49,095 bases of DNA from Euglena gracilis (GCA_039621445.1 CP154954.1:9612634-9661728), one strand, 5' to 3'. Positions 12,051-25,516 are shown, counted from the first letter of the stretch. The notes: a model not told the origin generated them from the letters alone. Made by a program: numbers and translations.

Positions 12051-15000
12051 GCAGAGAGGCAAAGAAACAAGGATGAAAAGCGGAACAGAAAGGGGAAAAA
12101 CATTCAATGTAAAAATGTAAAAAATCTAAAAAAAATTGGTGATACATATGCGATACATTAAAATATTTTTGGTGATACATATATACATATATATGATACA
12201 GTAATACAGTAATTTGGTGATACATATATGTGATACAGTAAAAAAAATTTGGTGATACATATGTGATACATTAATTTTTAGGCTGTGATACGTGCGATAC
12301 GTAAAAAAAATTTTTGGTGATACATTCTAAATGGAGGTCTGCTTGGAAGCTTTCAAGCCGCCCGAAGGGCGGCATAACGGTAGTGCTTTTTTTTAAAAAA
12401 AAAGATGGCGTTGAATGTAACAAAAATAATCGTGGCAATTTTTGACGTTGTGTCACCGATCCATCACAACTTGGAAGCTTTCAAGCCGCCCGAAGGGCGG
12501 CTAAACGGCAGCCATTTTTACATTATGCCACCAATCCATCACAATTTGGGAGAGCCGCCCAACAACGGTGACGTCTTTTTGTGTTTTAGGATTTGTGTCA
12601 GAACAAAAAAATATATTGCCGCCAAAAGGGCGGCTGACGGTAATCCAAAAACCTTCCTCAAAAAGAGCCAAACTTGTCAACAAAAACTGTGTGCTTTTGA
12701 AGAAAAAAAAAAGTGCTTTGGAGATGCATGTTTTCCTGTTGCCGAGATTTTCGCCTCTTCCGAGCCATGAGTTCAGGACGTCTTTGCCCGCCCTAAGGGC
12801 GGCGAGACGGTAGCGATGTCCAACAGCAAAACACCCAAAAGTACAATGAAAAGTTGAGTTCTCAGAGTGAGAAATTGAAAAAAGCACGAACAATGTGATG
12901 AGTGAATCACACACTTTTCAAAAAATTTTCTTCCCAAAATCTCGGGGGGGGGGGCGGCCGTGCCCCCCCCCCGACCCCCCACTTCTACACCTATGGGGGG
13001 GGTCTTATATGGGGGGGGGGGGTCGGTCCCGGCCAAAGGGCTGGTCGAAGGCCGGCCAGGGGAGTGTCTTATACCGGGGACCGACAATTACCGCGGGTGG
13101 GTAATTCCCGCTCGGGCTTAAACGCGGTCATTTTAGGCGCGCTGTATTACCGCGCGCTCCACGGCCGAAGCGCGCTAATAAACCCCGCGTTAATAAACCC
13201 CGCGCTATAACCAAATCGCGAACAATCCGCCATTCCTTATTTTTCTCTTCCACAGGTACGCAACGTGCCCTGGTGAAGAATCATTTTTTTTTTGCATCAG
13301 ATGTCTGAGAAGTGAAATCTAGCGGGATTCAAGTTACAAGGATGTGTTTATCAAGTTTATGTTATCAAGAGAGATGAAGTTTGTAAGTGAACTTATTGGA
13401 AGGGTATGGGGGGGTCTTACATGGGGGGGCATGGTAAGTTGTTTTTGTGGCTCACTTTGGCGACCTTTCGTGACCGTGGGCCGACCCTAGGGTCGGCCCA
13501 CTACCACCCCCCCCCCCAGGCCAGATCCTGGAACCGGGGGGGGGGAGGTCGTGGGGTGGGCCGACTCTAAGTCGACCCTACGGTCGGCCCACGACCCTAA
13601 GGGGGGTTGGTACGCCGTGGCGAGGGGGTCCGAATAGGGGGGGGGGGGGGGGGGGGTAAAGGGCGTGGCGAGGGGGTCGGCGACCAGGGGGGGGGAGGGG
13701 TGTACCATGGTCGCCAACAAAATTTTCGTTCAAAAAATCGCGAAAATCGCCGGTGGCGTGGCGAGGGGGTCCGGCTAGGGGGGGGGGGAGGGGGGGGAAA
13801 TGGCGTGGCGAGGCCCTCGGAGAGGGGGGGGGGGGAGGGGTGTACCAACCCCCCTAAGTCGACCCTAAGCTGGCGACCCTAGGGTCGGCCCACTAGGGGG
13901 GTCTCCCGGACGCCACCTTGGGCGACCTTTGGCGACCTTTGGCGACCGTGGGCTGACCCTAGGGTTGGCACCCTAGCCCCCCCCCCCAGGCCAGATCTAC
14001 CCCCCGCTCTGGACGGTGAAGATGGGGGAGGGATGGAATAGGTGGCGATGGTGAGGCCGACTGTGGGCTGGTGCTAGGGAGGGGACGGGGTGAGGGGGGA
14101 GCACTGACACGGCGGGTGCACCTCGGGGAAGGGAAGTGGGAATGGCCGGCAGTGGGGACTGCGGCAGCACCATGGGGAGGGACAGGCCCGCCCGGGCTCA
14201 CCGAGGGAGAGATCCTTGGCGGCGACTCCCTCGGATCACAGCCCAGCGCAAACGCCGATGACGTGTGGGCCAGCCTGCTTGTGCTTTGGGGGCGTCGGAG
14301 CGTCGGAGCTGCCCTCGGGGGGGGGGGGAGCAGGGAGACTCGCCCAGGCTCGCTGGGGGCGTGAGCCTTGGCGGCATCAGCCCCAGGTCATTGCCTTTGC
14401 TGCTCACACATGGGAGGCACAGGGGCATCCCGTTGTCCCTGGATGTTGGGGGGCATGGGCAGAATTGATGAAGTGGACTAGAGGTGGAAGGTCAGAGATC
14501 TGTATTTTTTTCAAAAAGAAAATGCAGATGATGTCAAACAAAACAAACAATTCAGGGCATGGGGGTTGGTTGAGGCTTCGCGAAACTTGGCAAATGACAG
14601 CAACGTAACTTTCCAACTTAGTTAGGGCTAGGTTGGTCTCCGCAGCGGGATTTGAAGTGTTTGGGGGAGTAAGGCTATATACAGGGCTAGGGTTGTTCAA
14701 TTCATGAAAACTGCTCTGAAAGAAAGATAAAATCTGTGAAACCTTTCATTTTCCGTTCATGAAAGTTAGGAAACACCCTTAGTACGCAAATCCTAAATGT
14801 GAACCCTGGTAGGACCTAACTAGACAGCCAGCCGTAAAAACGGTGGTGGGGCGAACCGAATCCATCCAGGCGCAGTGTGTGCAAGGAGTGAGGAGGAGGG
14901 TGGGTGGAGAAAAGGGTAGTACAAGTGAGAACGGGGGCAGAGAGCGCAACGTCCGGCCGAAGCCACGGCCAGCACCGCTTGACGGAGCGCGAGGTGGGCG

Positions 15001-15589
15001 AGGGTGTAGGAAAACCAGAGGCACAGGGTCAAGCTTGTCACTTACCGAAGGCCATCTCAAAAGGCAGCAATGGTGTGACCCAGTTCCTTGGTTATGAGTA
15101 GAGCACCCAGTTGGGCGGCCACCCCAGAAAACAAGGCCAGCGACAGGCCCTGCTGCAAGGGTGATCAATTAATTGACTGTCGGGGGGGCAGTCAATTAAA
15201 TAACTTGGGCCTCTAGTTAACTAGTTAACTGTTCAAAAATGAAGGTTAGGCGCTCTCCCGGGCTTTAGGAAGAAAGGCTGCACCAGCCCCACATTATTGT
15301 GATGCTGACCTGTGAGCCACCACAGGCCCCCGCCTTTATATGCTCCTGCTTTGCGGCTCCCCTGCTGTTTTTTTTTGGCCGGGGTTTTCTCTTCAGGCGG
15401 GTCCCCGGCAACTCTGGATGCTCCGAGAGTTATTTTTTTTACAGGAGCTTTTTTTTTTGAGATGCTCTTTGAGGAGCTTCTTTTGATGTTTTTTTTTTTA
15501 GGAGCTTCTTTTGATTTTTTTTTTGAGGAGCTGTTTTTTTTTTTTTGAGGAGCTGCTTTTCATGAGTTTTTTTTTGAGAAGCTTGCTTT

Positions 15590-15850
15590 TCAAACGGAGA
15601 TCACACCGAGAGGGACAACGTTCATTCTCACAAACACGAGAGCATGGACAGACTTGTCACTCAGACTGTTGCGCATCGGGCTATGCAGGACCTTAAGATG
15701 GCTGAAAGCCCTTTCCACAGCTGCTTCAGTTGGAGCAATGGACAGCACTCGCAAGGCAACCTGCGCCAGCTGTGGACAAGACACCACTCTCAGCTTCCAA
15801 TACTGCTCCAGGTCAGTGTCCTCAGAAGTGGTGGGGAAGGGGGCTGCCTT
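15590..15850 (-). pseudogene. hAT transposase C-terminal dimerisation-domain remnant
   Basis: YWKLRVVSCPQLAQVALRVLSIAPTEAAVERAFSHLKVLHSPMRNSLSDKSVHALVFVRMN is the canonical hATC pattern (W..P.L...A...L..P......ER.FS.......RN.L). The upstream part is replaced by other repeats. Confidence 0.85.
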
Positions 15851-17458
15851 CAGGGAGAAAAAATACAACGAATCGGCCCCGGGGGTCAAAATGGGGGTAC
15901 CCAAAATGGGTCCAAAAATGGGTTGTTGGCATATTTGGGGGTGGTTTACATTTGGACATGCCCAAAAATTGCCAAAAATTGCCCAAAGTGGGCCCAAAAT
16001 GCTCGATTTTGGGCTGATTTTGGTCACTTCCTCAAGGGATTTTGGGTTGGTTCGGTCATCCAAGTGGGACCCCCCATCCAAGTCCCCTTTGTACTCCCTG
16101 GCCAGTTTTTTTTTTACTCCCAGGAAATGGGGTCGAACCAAGGCTTCCACTGAAGTTTTTTTTCCACCAGTTTTTTTTCCTTCCACTGGGACAGAAATCT
16201 TCAATTTCACTAGAGGGGCATTGAAGGTTTGCTTTTGTTTTGGCCCACAACGCCTAGATTAATCTGGAGTGGTGCGGAAAATGCATGTCACGAAGCACCA
16301 ATTTTTGCCAATTCGGGCCATTTTGAGCTGAGTTAGTTCTAATAAGCAAGTTCCTCATATTTCCGGCCATTTTAGGCCTCTTTGGTGGTTTTCAGACATT
16401 TTCACCATCTTTGGATATTGCTGGCTATTTTGAGGGCCGTTTCAGGTCATTTTAAGTCATTTTGAGCATGTCCGCCGTTTCTTGGGCTGCTTTTTTTTTG
16501 CATTTTTTTGCAACCATTTTACGTCATTTCTGTGGTTATTTTGGTTCAGTTTTGGGTGCCGTCCAACCAAACCAATTTCAACTGGAAAAGGGCGGGGTGG
16601 GTGTGCTACAGCACTAACCCCCCAAACCTGACCCCCCCCTCCAGGAAGGGGTCAAAAACGCCACCCCCGCCTGTCCACAGCACCACTGGTCTGTGCTAGG
16701 GCACTTTTGGCCGTGTGCCCTACCCCCTGGGGGGAGGGGGGTCGGATCGGGAGTGCCTTGGAGTGCCTGCCCAGGCAGGCACTCCCCCTCGGGGTGGGGT
16801 CCAGGCTTGTGCTTAGTTGGGTGCCTACCCCACGGGGGGGGGGGTGCTAGGGGCAAGCACCCCATAGCACCTGATCCGCCCCCCCCCCCGGGGGGGGGTA
16901 GGGTTTTGGGGGGTGCCTGCCCCTAGCAGGCACCCCCTCCGACCCCGGCGCCGAAGGTGCCGGGGGCCCGGAAAAGGCCATTTTCAATGAAAATTTTCTG
17001 GGTCCCCCCCTATCCCCCCCGGGGGGGTGCCTGCTAGGGGCAGGCACCCTATAGCACCCCCCCCCCCCCGGTTGGTAAGCACAAGCATGGTGGGGTCGGC
17101 ACCCGACTAAAATACAGCCTGCACTCCATACCTTGACCCCACACAGCCTCGAAATCAAACCCTGGCCGAGATTGAGCAAGCATGCATCCCACACCTGATG
17201 CGGAGGTCGAAGCGTTGGGATGAGGGAATTTATAACGACAGAATTTTGTTGCGGTGTTGAGGGCAGAAGACCAGGTGAGCAATAGTTCCCTCTGATGCTG
17301 GCTTGTCCGGGGTTCAGGTCGAGTGAAGCTTGAATATAACATCCAGTTGAAAAAAAAGTGTTGGTGCGGCAACCCTTTTCAGATTGGATTGAAGATGCGT
17401 CAACGAGCAAAAATATAATTGCATCAAATAGCTTTATTAGTACTATTAATATTATTAT

Positions 17459-17616
17459 CATCACCACCACCACCACCACCACCACCACCACCACCACCAC
17501 CACCACCACCACCACCACCACCACCACGATCATCATCATCATCATCGTCATCGTCATCGTCATCGTCATCATCATCATCAGCATCATCAGCAGCAGCAGC
17601 ATCATCATCATCATCA
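17459..17616. repeat. Compound microsatellite (CAC)n-(CAT/CGT)n-(CAG)n
   Basis: Direct reading. Confidence 0.95.
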
Positions 17617-18823
17617 TTGGATTCAAAAAAAATGTACCAAACCACAAATCCACCGCATTGGTGAACTATGTGCACAACAACAGAATGATAACGTCAACTG
17701 CATCAGGGGTGTTTTGTTGCAGATGCTGTGACCATAAATGAGCTCTAAGAAGAAGATGCTGCTTTCAAATAATTCAAATGAAAACATCTTTTACATCCAA
17801 TTCAGGAAAGAACAGCCACTTCCTAAACTGAATTTTTATACATTAAATGTGTCCAGACAGTTCAGCACTTGGTTTCACCCTCCCTGGGGGGGCGGGGGTA
17901 CCCTGTGCTATGGGGCAGGAAGTTTCAGTTGGGAGGACCCTTGGGACCTTCCTGGGGGCGTAGTTAGCAAATTTTCGGCTGCAGCCAGTGGAAATCCCCG
18001 TGGCCCGCCCTGGGGCACTCAAGCAAAGCGATGGCGACAAATATTTGGGTAAATAATGAATCACATCCCAAAAAGCTGAGTTTTAACTTTCTTGCCCCCC
18101 ACCAACCAGTCCTCATAGGGTATCTATGGCCAGGCTCCTTTTAAAGAAGGCTGCACCCCCCCCTCCGGCGCCGAAGGTGCCGGGAGCCAGAAAAAATGGC
18201 CTATTTTCAAAAGAGAGGTCGATAAAAAATTGTTTGTCCCCAGCCCAACATGACAAGTTTATGGGGTGGGCCCCATACTCGGCCTTACTTTGCGAACCTT
18301 CCTAACAAGCCGGCAATGCCTAATTGTATGCTGTGCCGAAATGAGTGTGCGCCATTCAGGCACAAAAACAAGGCAAAAAAGTGCCCCCCCCCCCACAGAA
18401 AACACCAACACCAAATTGCCTGGGCACAGGCCGAAATCCGACCCGGGGGGGGGGGGGTAGTGCCTGCCTGGGCCTGCACTTATAGGCACTCCGAACCCCC
18501 CTCCCCCCCGGGGTTGGTAAAAAACTGCCTGATGGAGTGTCCCTCAACCCTCTCGATTTGTGACGCTCCAACCACCCCTGGTGACTGAACACCAAACCCT
18601 GGCCTCAGTCCTCCCCCTTCCCTTGGCCAGCCAAAAACAATGTGTTTCAGAAAAATAGACCGTACCATACGGCCCAACTGCTGTTGGACGACTTGTTTTC
18701 ATGTGTGGGAAAAGCTCGGACAAGTTGCAGATTTGGTCGAGGGTACACTTATATTCTCATTGTGTCAGCAATGCTAGTTCTCAAAGGCCTGTTGGTGGAT
18801 CTCTCCAGCAAAGGGTCTTATTT

Positions 18824-19316
18824 TTGAATTTTTGTGAACTCACCAAACCCTTATCGAACCCGCGTTTGGGCTGATTTTTGAGACAGCAAAAGCCTTAGGT
18901 CTTCGCCCAAACACGGTATCAGAACAAGAACAGCGTTTTGGGCCAAGGTTTTTAGGGGTGCCGGAGGCGACCGGCCGCGACGCCTTCGGCGGCGCGGTTC
19001 CCATCCCCAGGCTCCCCCTAACAATTGGCCCAAACACAGTTTGTAACAGAGAAAAATTTTGAACCCGCCTAACGTCGTCTTGATACTTGATTCCCAGGGT
19101 GCCAAAATTTTTTCAAGCATACAATATAATATACCAACAGTAGCAGCAGCAACAATGAGGAGTAGGACGACAACAACAACGACAGTATGATGATTATATA
19201 GCCACCACATGTAGCCATCATGTAGCCACCACATTATTTGATTAATAATGCTACTACTACTACTACTAATAATATTTGTCCGGATTTGGTTGATAATTGC
19301 AATGTTTCATTGCCTT
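18824..19316. repeat. Dispersed repeat; the second copy at ~23064-24860 is split by the 23371-24602 insertion
   Basis: Shared GAATTTTTG..CACCAAACCCTTATCGAACCCG.GTTTGGGCTGATTT start and ATATTTGT..GGAT.TGG..TAATTGCAA end, with a variable trinucleotide-rich middle. Confidence 0.75.
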
Positions 19317-20054
19317 GTGAATTTTTTTTTGTTCATTTCACATGGCATCACAAGAAATTTCAGTTTTATGCCTTTTTTTTTGCAAATGAGCGCATGATTT
19401 CTGACTGATCACAACCACTCACAACCTTCAAAGAACCAGTTTGCTGGGCAACTGCTCTTTGATCCTTTTCTCCCTTCAAAGCCCTGTGAATGGCAGGATG
19501 TCCGTTCAGGCACCAGCTTTGGTTTTCTGATTTGTCCACTCCTCAGAATATACCAAGGATGAATCATGGGACGTTTTCCCAAACTTTCTGTCCACGCAAA
19601 CAACGAGCGCTTTGGCCAGGCCATTGCCCAGTGGCATGCTGAAGCAGTCTGGTCCTCAGCCATGCAATCATGGCCCGACCCTCCTCTCCCGGGGCGGGGG
19701 AGGAGGTCGGTGGTGACTGACTGCTTTTTGACCCAAACCCCTTCCCCTCTGGAGGGCAAACACCCGCCAAAAATGGTCTGTCGCCGAAGGCAAAGGGATT
19801 TTTTTTTCGGCCATTGGCCTCGCATTTATTGGCCAATTTCCCTTAGATTCCAGAATGACCGACCCTGGCGGGGGGGGGGGGGCAGTGACTGACAGGTTTT
19901 TGAAAGAGTGGAAGTGACCCCCTCCCCGGAGGTCGATAAAAAATTGTAATTGTGGCTTCTAAATGCAGCATTGGATGAGATGAGGCCAGAAGGAACGTCG
20001 GGTCTGGGTGTTCTTCCCCCTTTGTCGCCGTTCGCCCACAGGTAGCCCCGCCCC

Positions 20055-20443
20055 CAGGGTTTGATATAAGGAGGGCGTACATGGTTTAGGTGGGGGGGTG
20101 TCCCCCCCCCACCCCCCCCCCTCCTGGCCCGCAGGGGGGGTCCAGACCATCCCCCCACCTGCCAGGGGGGTCCGGACCGACCCTGGGTGGGTACCCGGGA
20201 CCCCCCCCAAAAGGGTCAATTTTTTCCTCCGGCGCTTTGCGAATTTTTTTTGCATTTTTGGCAAATTTTTGCCCAAAAAGTGCCCAAAATGGCACTTTTG
20301 GTCGTCAAAGGGTCAAAAATTTTCATTCACCCTGACCGCACCACTGTTTAGGTGGGGGGGGTGTCCCCCCCCCCCCCCCCCCCCCCCTTGCCCGCCGGGG
20401 GGGGTCCGGACCCCCCCCCCTCCTGTTCTTAGATCAACCCCCG
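20055..20443. mobile_element. hAT-type MITE, 8-bp TSD CCCGCCCC
   Basis: CAGGGTTTGATATAAG ... CTTAGATCAACCCCCG, flanked by CCCGCCCC at 20047-20054 and 20444-20451. Confidence 0.8.
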
Positions 20444-20882
20444 CCCGCCCCCCCCCCCCTGCGCCGACGCAAGCGACGCTGGCCCCGCCGCCGCGCAGCT
20501 GTTCTCCCTGCTTGTCCTCCTGCCACCCCGTTTGCTGTTTTCTGTCCCATCTCAGAGTTCTCCAAGCCTCACTTGTGCCACTGTCCCCATGGGTGCGAAG
20601 TCCGACCGCAGCGCAGGGCCAAAATGGAGATGGGAGGGGGCGACAACGTCTTTGTGTGGTTTTTTTTGTTCCAGCGGGAATGAACTTCTAATTTCTTTTG
20701 GAAAATCGATTGTGTGTCCAACCTGACCTTGTCAGTTTGATGTTTGAAGTTGGCGACCCCGTGAGGCTATCGCTTTCCCTGATTGCGACAGTTTGACAAA
20801 TCTCCCACTTGTCGACCTGCTAGTAAGAAGTTCGAACGCTTCTTCACTAGCTGGAAATGAAGAAGGCTTTGAGCAGGTCTCT

Positions 20883-21845
20883 ACTACAAAAAAGGGGTGG
20901 CGGACGCCGGTTCTGTCCAAAACCCGGCGTTCCAAACGCCGGTTCCGTCCGAAGGACGGAACCGGCGTTTGGAACGCCGGGTTTTGGACAGAACCGGCGT
21001 CCGCCACCCCTTGTTTAAAGCGGCGTTTTAGAGACGCCGGGTTCAGGACAGAACCGGCGTCCCCACCCTTCGGTCAAAGGACACTCCCAGGACCAATCTC
21101 CGACCACTTATCTGCAATGTCACGCCACCTTGCATTTCACCAAAATCCGGCGATCGCGAGGGTATTTCTGGCTGTGTCGATCGTCTGGGTACAAAGTCAC
21201 CCCTCAATCGAAAGCTCTTTTCATCAGACGACTGGCGATCACCACCAAATTCAGCGACGCCGCCTGGAGCTCTTACTTTCTGTCACTGGGAAATCCTAAT
21301 TTCACAAGTCTGGTGCCCCCCCAGGACCCCTCAGGTGGTCGCTTCGAAGAGAAGAAACGTTTCTGTAAGGTTTATTAAGCATCTTAAACCAAAAATCACT
21401 GAAAACTACCACAAATTTCGACTAAGATTCTGGCCGATCCGACGATCGCGAGCGTATCTCTGGCTGCGTGCAACGTTAGGGTACCAAGTTACCCCTCGAT
21501 CGAAAGCTCTTTTCAACAGACGACCAGCGGTGCTCATCAGATCTTTCCACGCCGCACGGTACTCTTTATCAAAATCTGGGCCAATTTCACCAAATTTGGA
21601 CATCCACCCCACTGGTCCCCAAATGGCAAAAATCATTGTCCTACATGGTTAAAACAGTCATACCAGGAGCTTTGGGCCACTTTTGGGCACTTTTGGTGAC
21701 ATTTTTAGGAATGAAAATCTGACGCCGGGTTTTGGACAAAACCGGCGTTCCTAACGCCGGGTTTTAGGACAGAACCGGCGTCCGAAAACCCGTGGGGGGG
21801 GACGCCGGTTCTGTCCTGAACCCGGCGTCTCAAACGCCGGTTTAA
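20883..21845. mobile_element. Hairpin plus asymmetric-TIR element (same architecture as 7124-8616)
   Basis: Palindrome ~20888-21016 with a cGAAg loop at 20951-20953. TTAAAGCGGCGTTTAGAGACGCCGG (21015) is inverted at CCGGCGTCTCAAACGCCGGTTTTAA (ending 21845). Confidence 0.65.
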
Positions 21846-23644
21846 TGTGAGTGGGGTTCCCAGAGTTGGGGTGATGGGTCTGGAACCCTCAGCCCACCTT
21901 CCAAGAAGGGTCTAGGGGGCATCTTAGGGGAGGGGCTCTCTGGATTTGGTGTTCGGCCCAACGTGATGGGTTTGGAGTTTTTGTTTTTAATATTGGCGCA
22001 GTAGGGAAAGCAGGACTCTGCTTCCTTTGTTTGAATTTTTGTGACGTAATGTTGTTGCAGAGAAAGCGTCGAACAGTCCCTGGTCGTTGCACGTCATCAA
22101 TTCATTACTCTCATCAGCCAAGCAGATGACGTGAAAACCACTGGCCGTGCACAAAGAAGGCAGGCAAACGTTCGCCCATCACATGGCGTGTTCAAGTGAA
22201 CATTGCACACAAATTTCATCACCACGCATTGACGGTGCAAATCAACGGTTGGCGTGCGGAAGTGCGTTCGCCAGCCGTCACAGACGAGGAGATGGTGTCG
22301 CACAACTGATGTGTGTTCGTACGAGATATAGCACCACACAAACAAGTGAATGATTAAATGTTTGTCCGCGCATTTTCACCCACAACAAACTGTGTTTGTG
22401 TGCACAAATATGCGCACCAACACGCGTATCACAAAACCTCCTAGGTTGTGGTAATCGTCAGTCTTCTTTAACATGATCATGTTGTTCGTGCCCATGCACA
22501 AACCATCCGCATAGAAGTTTCCCCAAGATGTTGCTGCGCATATTGCGCCCACAAACAAAGTTTGTTTGGGGGCGCTTCAGTGAGGAAGGACATGCCATTT
22601 TAACTTCAGCGTTTTGCGTTGTGTGCACGCAAATGCACCCACAAACAAAAATTTCGTGCACAATGCAAATGGTACAAACACATCAGTTGTGCGACGGCTG
22701 GCCATCACAGTATGTAGTATGTGATGCAATATCGCTCCGTGTGTCCTGACGGGTGGCTGTAGTACCGCAGCCAGTTCAGGCAGCACGTCAGCACCAGTAC
22801 CAATTGTCGTAACAGCTGGTGTGTGCTTCCCCCCTGTTTGACATCCAAGAGCCCTCTTCGCGTCACTCGGCAAGCAACATGCACACCAAACCACCTGGAG
22901 CTGATCCTCTAATAGGGCGTTGCAACAGTTCATAAATTGTTTTTCCGTGTATCAGGGAACAGGGCCCCAGGGATTTCGTAAAAAATGTGAATTTGCGCAA
23001 ATCGCCCATTCTAAAGAACCCTTCAGTGCGAATCCCGCCGCATAAGTCCGGCAGAAGGTCTGATTTTTGAATTTTTGCTAACCCACCAAACCCTTATCGA
23101 ACCCGTGTTTGGGCTGATTTCGCGACAGCAAAAGTCTTAGATCTTCGCCCAAACACGGTATCCGACCAAGAACAGCGTTTTGGGCCAAGGTCTTTAGTGG
23201 GCCCGGGGGTACCACCCACGACACCTTCGATGCCGAGGTTCCCATGCCCAGGCTCCCCCTAACATCATTCTTTGAACCCACCAAACATCATTTTGACGAT
23301 TTTGATTCCCAAAATACCAAAAAGTTTCAAACTTACAATACAATACACCACCACCACCAGCAGCAGCAACCAGGGATTTTCACCGGTTCGTGCCACGAAC
23401 AATCACGAACAATCACGAACCAGCACGAACTTGAGACTTTGGCAAAATCACGAACAATCACGAACAATCACGAACAATCATGAACCGGATTTTTGTCACC
23501 CTTGCAGAAATGTCTGCTTCTGAGAATGAAGGTGTTGTTCAATCAACCAAAGAGAAAAGATCATGTCGTTCAGCCTCGCCAGTCTCGTCGATGCCAAGAA
23601 TCGTCAAAAGACGGGGGAAACCAAATTTTAGCTCATTTGCCCTT

Positions 23645-23828
23645 TACCACCCCCCCCCCCTTTATTGTCCCACCGACCTGCCCCCGGGAGGCGCGACCGG
23701 ACAATAAAGGGGGGGGGACAATAAAGGGGTACCAAAGGAATTTCATTGGCCGGGCCAAAAAAACCCCCCGTCGGCCGGGGCCCAGGGACAATAAAGGGGG
23801 GGGGGAGACAATAAAGGGGGGGGTGGTA
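23645..23828. mobile_element. TA-flanked MITE
   Basis: TA|CCACCCCCCCCCCCTTTATTGTC ... GACAATAAAGGGGGGGGTGG|TA. Confidence 0.75.
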
Positions 23829-24194
23829 AGTCCATTTGAGCCATTTTTTTTGGCTGGTTTTCTCCCATTTCGGGCATTTTTTTTTTGCGACAACCTTGGG
23901 CATTTTTGGAATTTTTGGGGCCAATTCATGGTCATCGTGGACATTCAGGCTTCATTTTGGGCAGTTTTTGGCAGATTGTCAACCATTTTTTAATTTCAAA
24001 TTTTTTGATAAATTAAGGAAATGCTAGGCTTTTGATATCATTTTAGGTTATGACCAGATTTTGCACTATGACCGTCACAAGGCCTAAATCTCCCGTTGGC
24101 TTTGGAAAAGTAGGGTGTTCACCAACATGGGGATTGAACACAATGAACATTTGTGTTTTTCATCCGCTGTAAAAGACGCAGACTCCGTCTTGAG

Positions 24195-24309
24195 CAGGGT
24201 TTGATGTAAGGAGGGCGTACAGGGTTTAGGTGGGGGGGTGTTCCCCCCCCCCTCCTGGCCCGCAGGGGGGGTCCGGACCACCCCCCACCTGTCCTTATAT
24301 CGAACCCTG
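24195..24309. mobile_element. 115-bp hAT-type MITE, perfect 8-bp TSD GTCTTGAG
   Basis: GTCTTGAG|CAGGGTTTGATGTAAGG ... CCTTATATCGAACCCTG|GTCTTGAG; same family as 20055-20443. Confidence 0.9.
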
Positions 24310-24683
24310 GTCTTGAGTCCCCGCCTGCGCCTCTTAAAAAAAACGGCGTCTTAAGACGCAACTCTTGCTGCATAAATCAATCAATGTGGATCTTTTTCCA
24401 TTGTCCAGTGTAAGGCTTTTTTTCGGAGCAAAAAGCAAATGACAGAGTGCAATGAGTACATGAGGAAATACCTATTTGCCAACAAAAACGGAAAACCGGG
24501 CGGTTTTTTGAAAGCACGAACACTCACGAACAATCACGAACAATCACGAACAATCACGAACCGAATTTCAGGCTTCCTAGCACGAACCGGTGGTAAACCC
24601 TGCAGCAACAATGAGGAGGAGGAGGAGGACGACGACAACAACAACACTGACATCAACGTTAATAGCAATGATGGTGATTCCAG

Positions 24684-24811
<128 letters not shown>

Positions 24812-25516
24812 TATTTGTTTGGATCTGGTAATTTGATAATTGCAACGTTACATTACCTTGGTTCTTAGGCGGCCTAATTCGCACTTAAGCTTTTAACTTT
24901 TTATTTGTGCATTTGCGCAAATCCCCGAGTTTTTTGATTCCGGCGGGGAAGGTCTGGGGGGTGGAGAGTCACCCCGGTAAGTAAGGGAAAAAGTGGAGCG
25001 ATTTTTTGGTTTTGGCGGAGAGACTCCCGGGACTTTGGTTTGAAATGCGAATTTTAGAGGTGTTTTGGGGCCCCAAACCCCCGGGACCCTGCCCGCCCAA
25101 ACTGAAAAAAAAGTGAAAAAATCACCTGGGAACCGGGACCCTGCCCGCCCCTGTGAGCGCGCGGAGGCTTTTTTGGGGAAGTGAACTCGCCGGCAGTGTG
25201 TTCCCTCCCGGTGCCTCGGAGTGTGTGTGTCCACTTTTACCTTTAACACTTGTCAATTTTTGATTGGTAAGGAAAGCAGGGGACAGGAGCTGGGGTATCT
25301 GGCTAGCCGCGGCTGGCCGCGGCTGGCTGGCTGGCAAAAAAAAGGAGGAGGTCTGGCCAGCCATGGCCAGCCACGGCTGGCTGGGGCGATTTAGAGGAGG
25401 AGGAGGTCTGGCTGGATATAGTTTTGAGGAACTGAAAGAGGAGGAGGAGGTCTGGCTGGCCGCGATGAGAAATTGGCTGAAGGGTAAGCCTCGCGATCCG
25501 GGCAAGTCCTGATTCT

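Larger units (their letters stand above)
8810..13436. mobile_element. 4.6-kb TA-flanked TIR element
   Basis: TA|CCATGCCCCCCCGCATAAGACCCCCC ... GGGGGGTCTTACATGGGGGGGCATGG|TA. Removing it restores GGGGCTAAGT(T/C)GTTTTTGTGGCTCACTTTGGC, seen unoccupied at ~45991 and ~46100. Confidence 0.8.
6040..13998. mobile_element. Outer TIR element of a nested transposon cluster
   Basis: GGATCTGGCCTG(G)nTAG at 6040 is inverted at CTAG(C)nAGGCCAGATCT ending 13998. Subterminal GTCGCCAAAGGTCGCC and CCCTAGGGTCGGCCCAC arrays are mirrored at 6.7-6.9 kb and 13.46-13.97 kb. Confidence 0.6.
23371..24602. mobile_element. CAG...CTG TIR element with CACGAACAAT subterminal tandem repeats; 7-bp flanking duplication CAGCAAC
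   Basis: CAGGGATTTTCACCGGTTCGTGC and GCACGAACCGGTGGTAAACCCTG are inverted copies; contains two nested MITEs. Confidence 0.8.

Noticed and set aside
14800-15230. HDV-like or hammerhead ribozyme at the 5' end of a putative LINE
   Set aside because: Hairpins are present (e.g. 15171-15197) but I could not fit either ribozyme consensus by eye.
16847-17741. ORFs with poly-M/V/T/I/P/D runs (also 24439-24884 and the poly-K/F ORFs at 43681-44870)
   Set aside because: Translations of microsatellites and homopolymers.
20881-21853. CACTA-type ends (TACTACAAAAAA ... GAGTG)
   Set aside because: Ends do not match as TIRs and there is no 3-bp TSD; better explained by the hairpin plus asymmetric TIR model.
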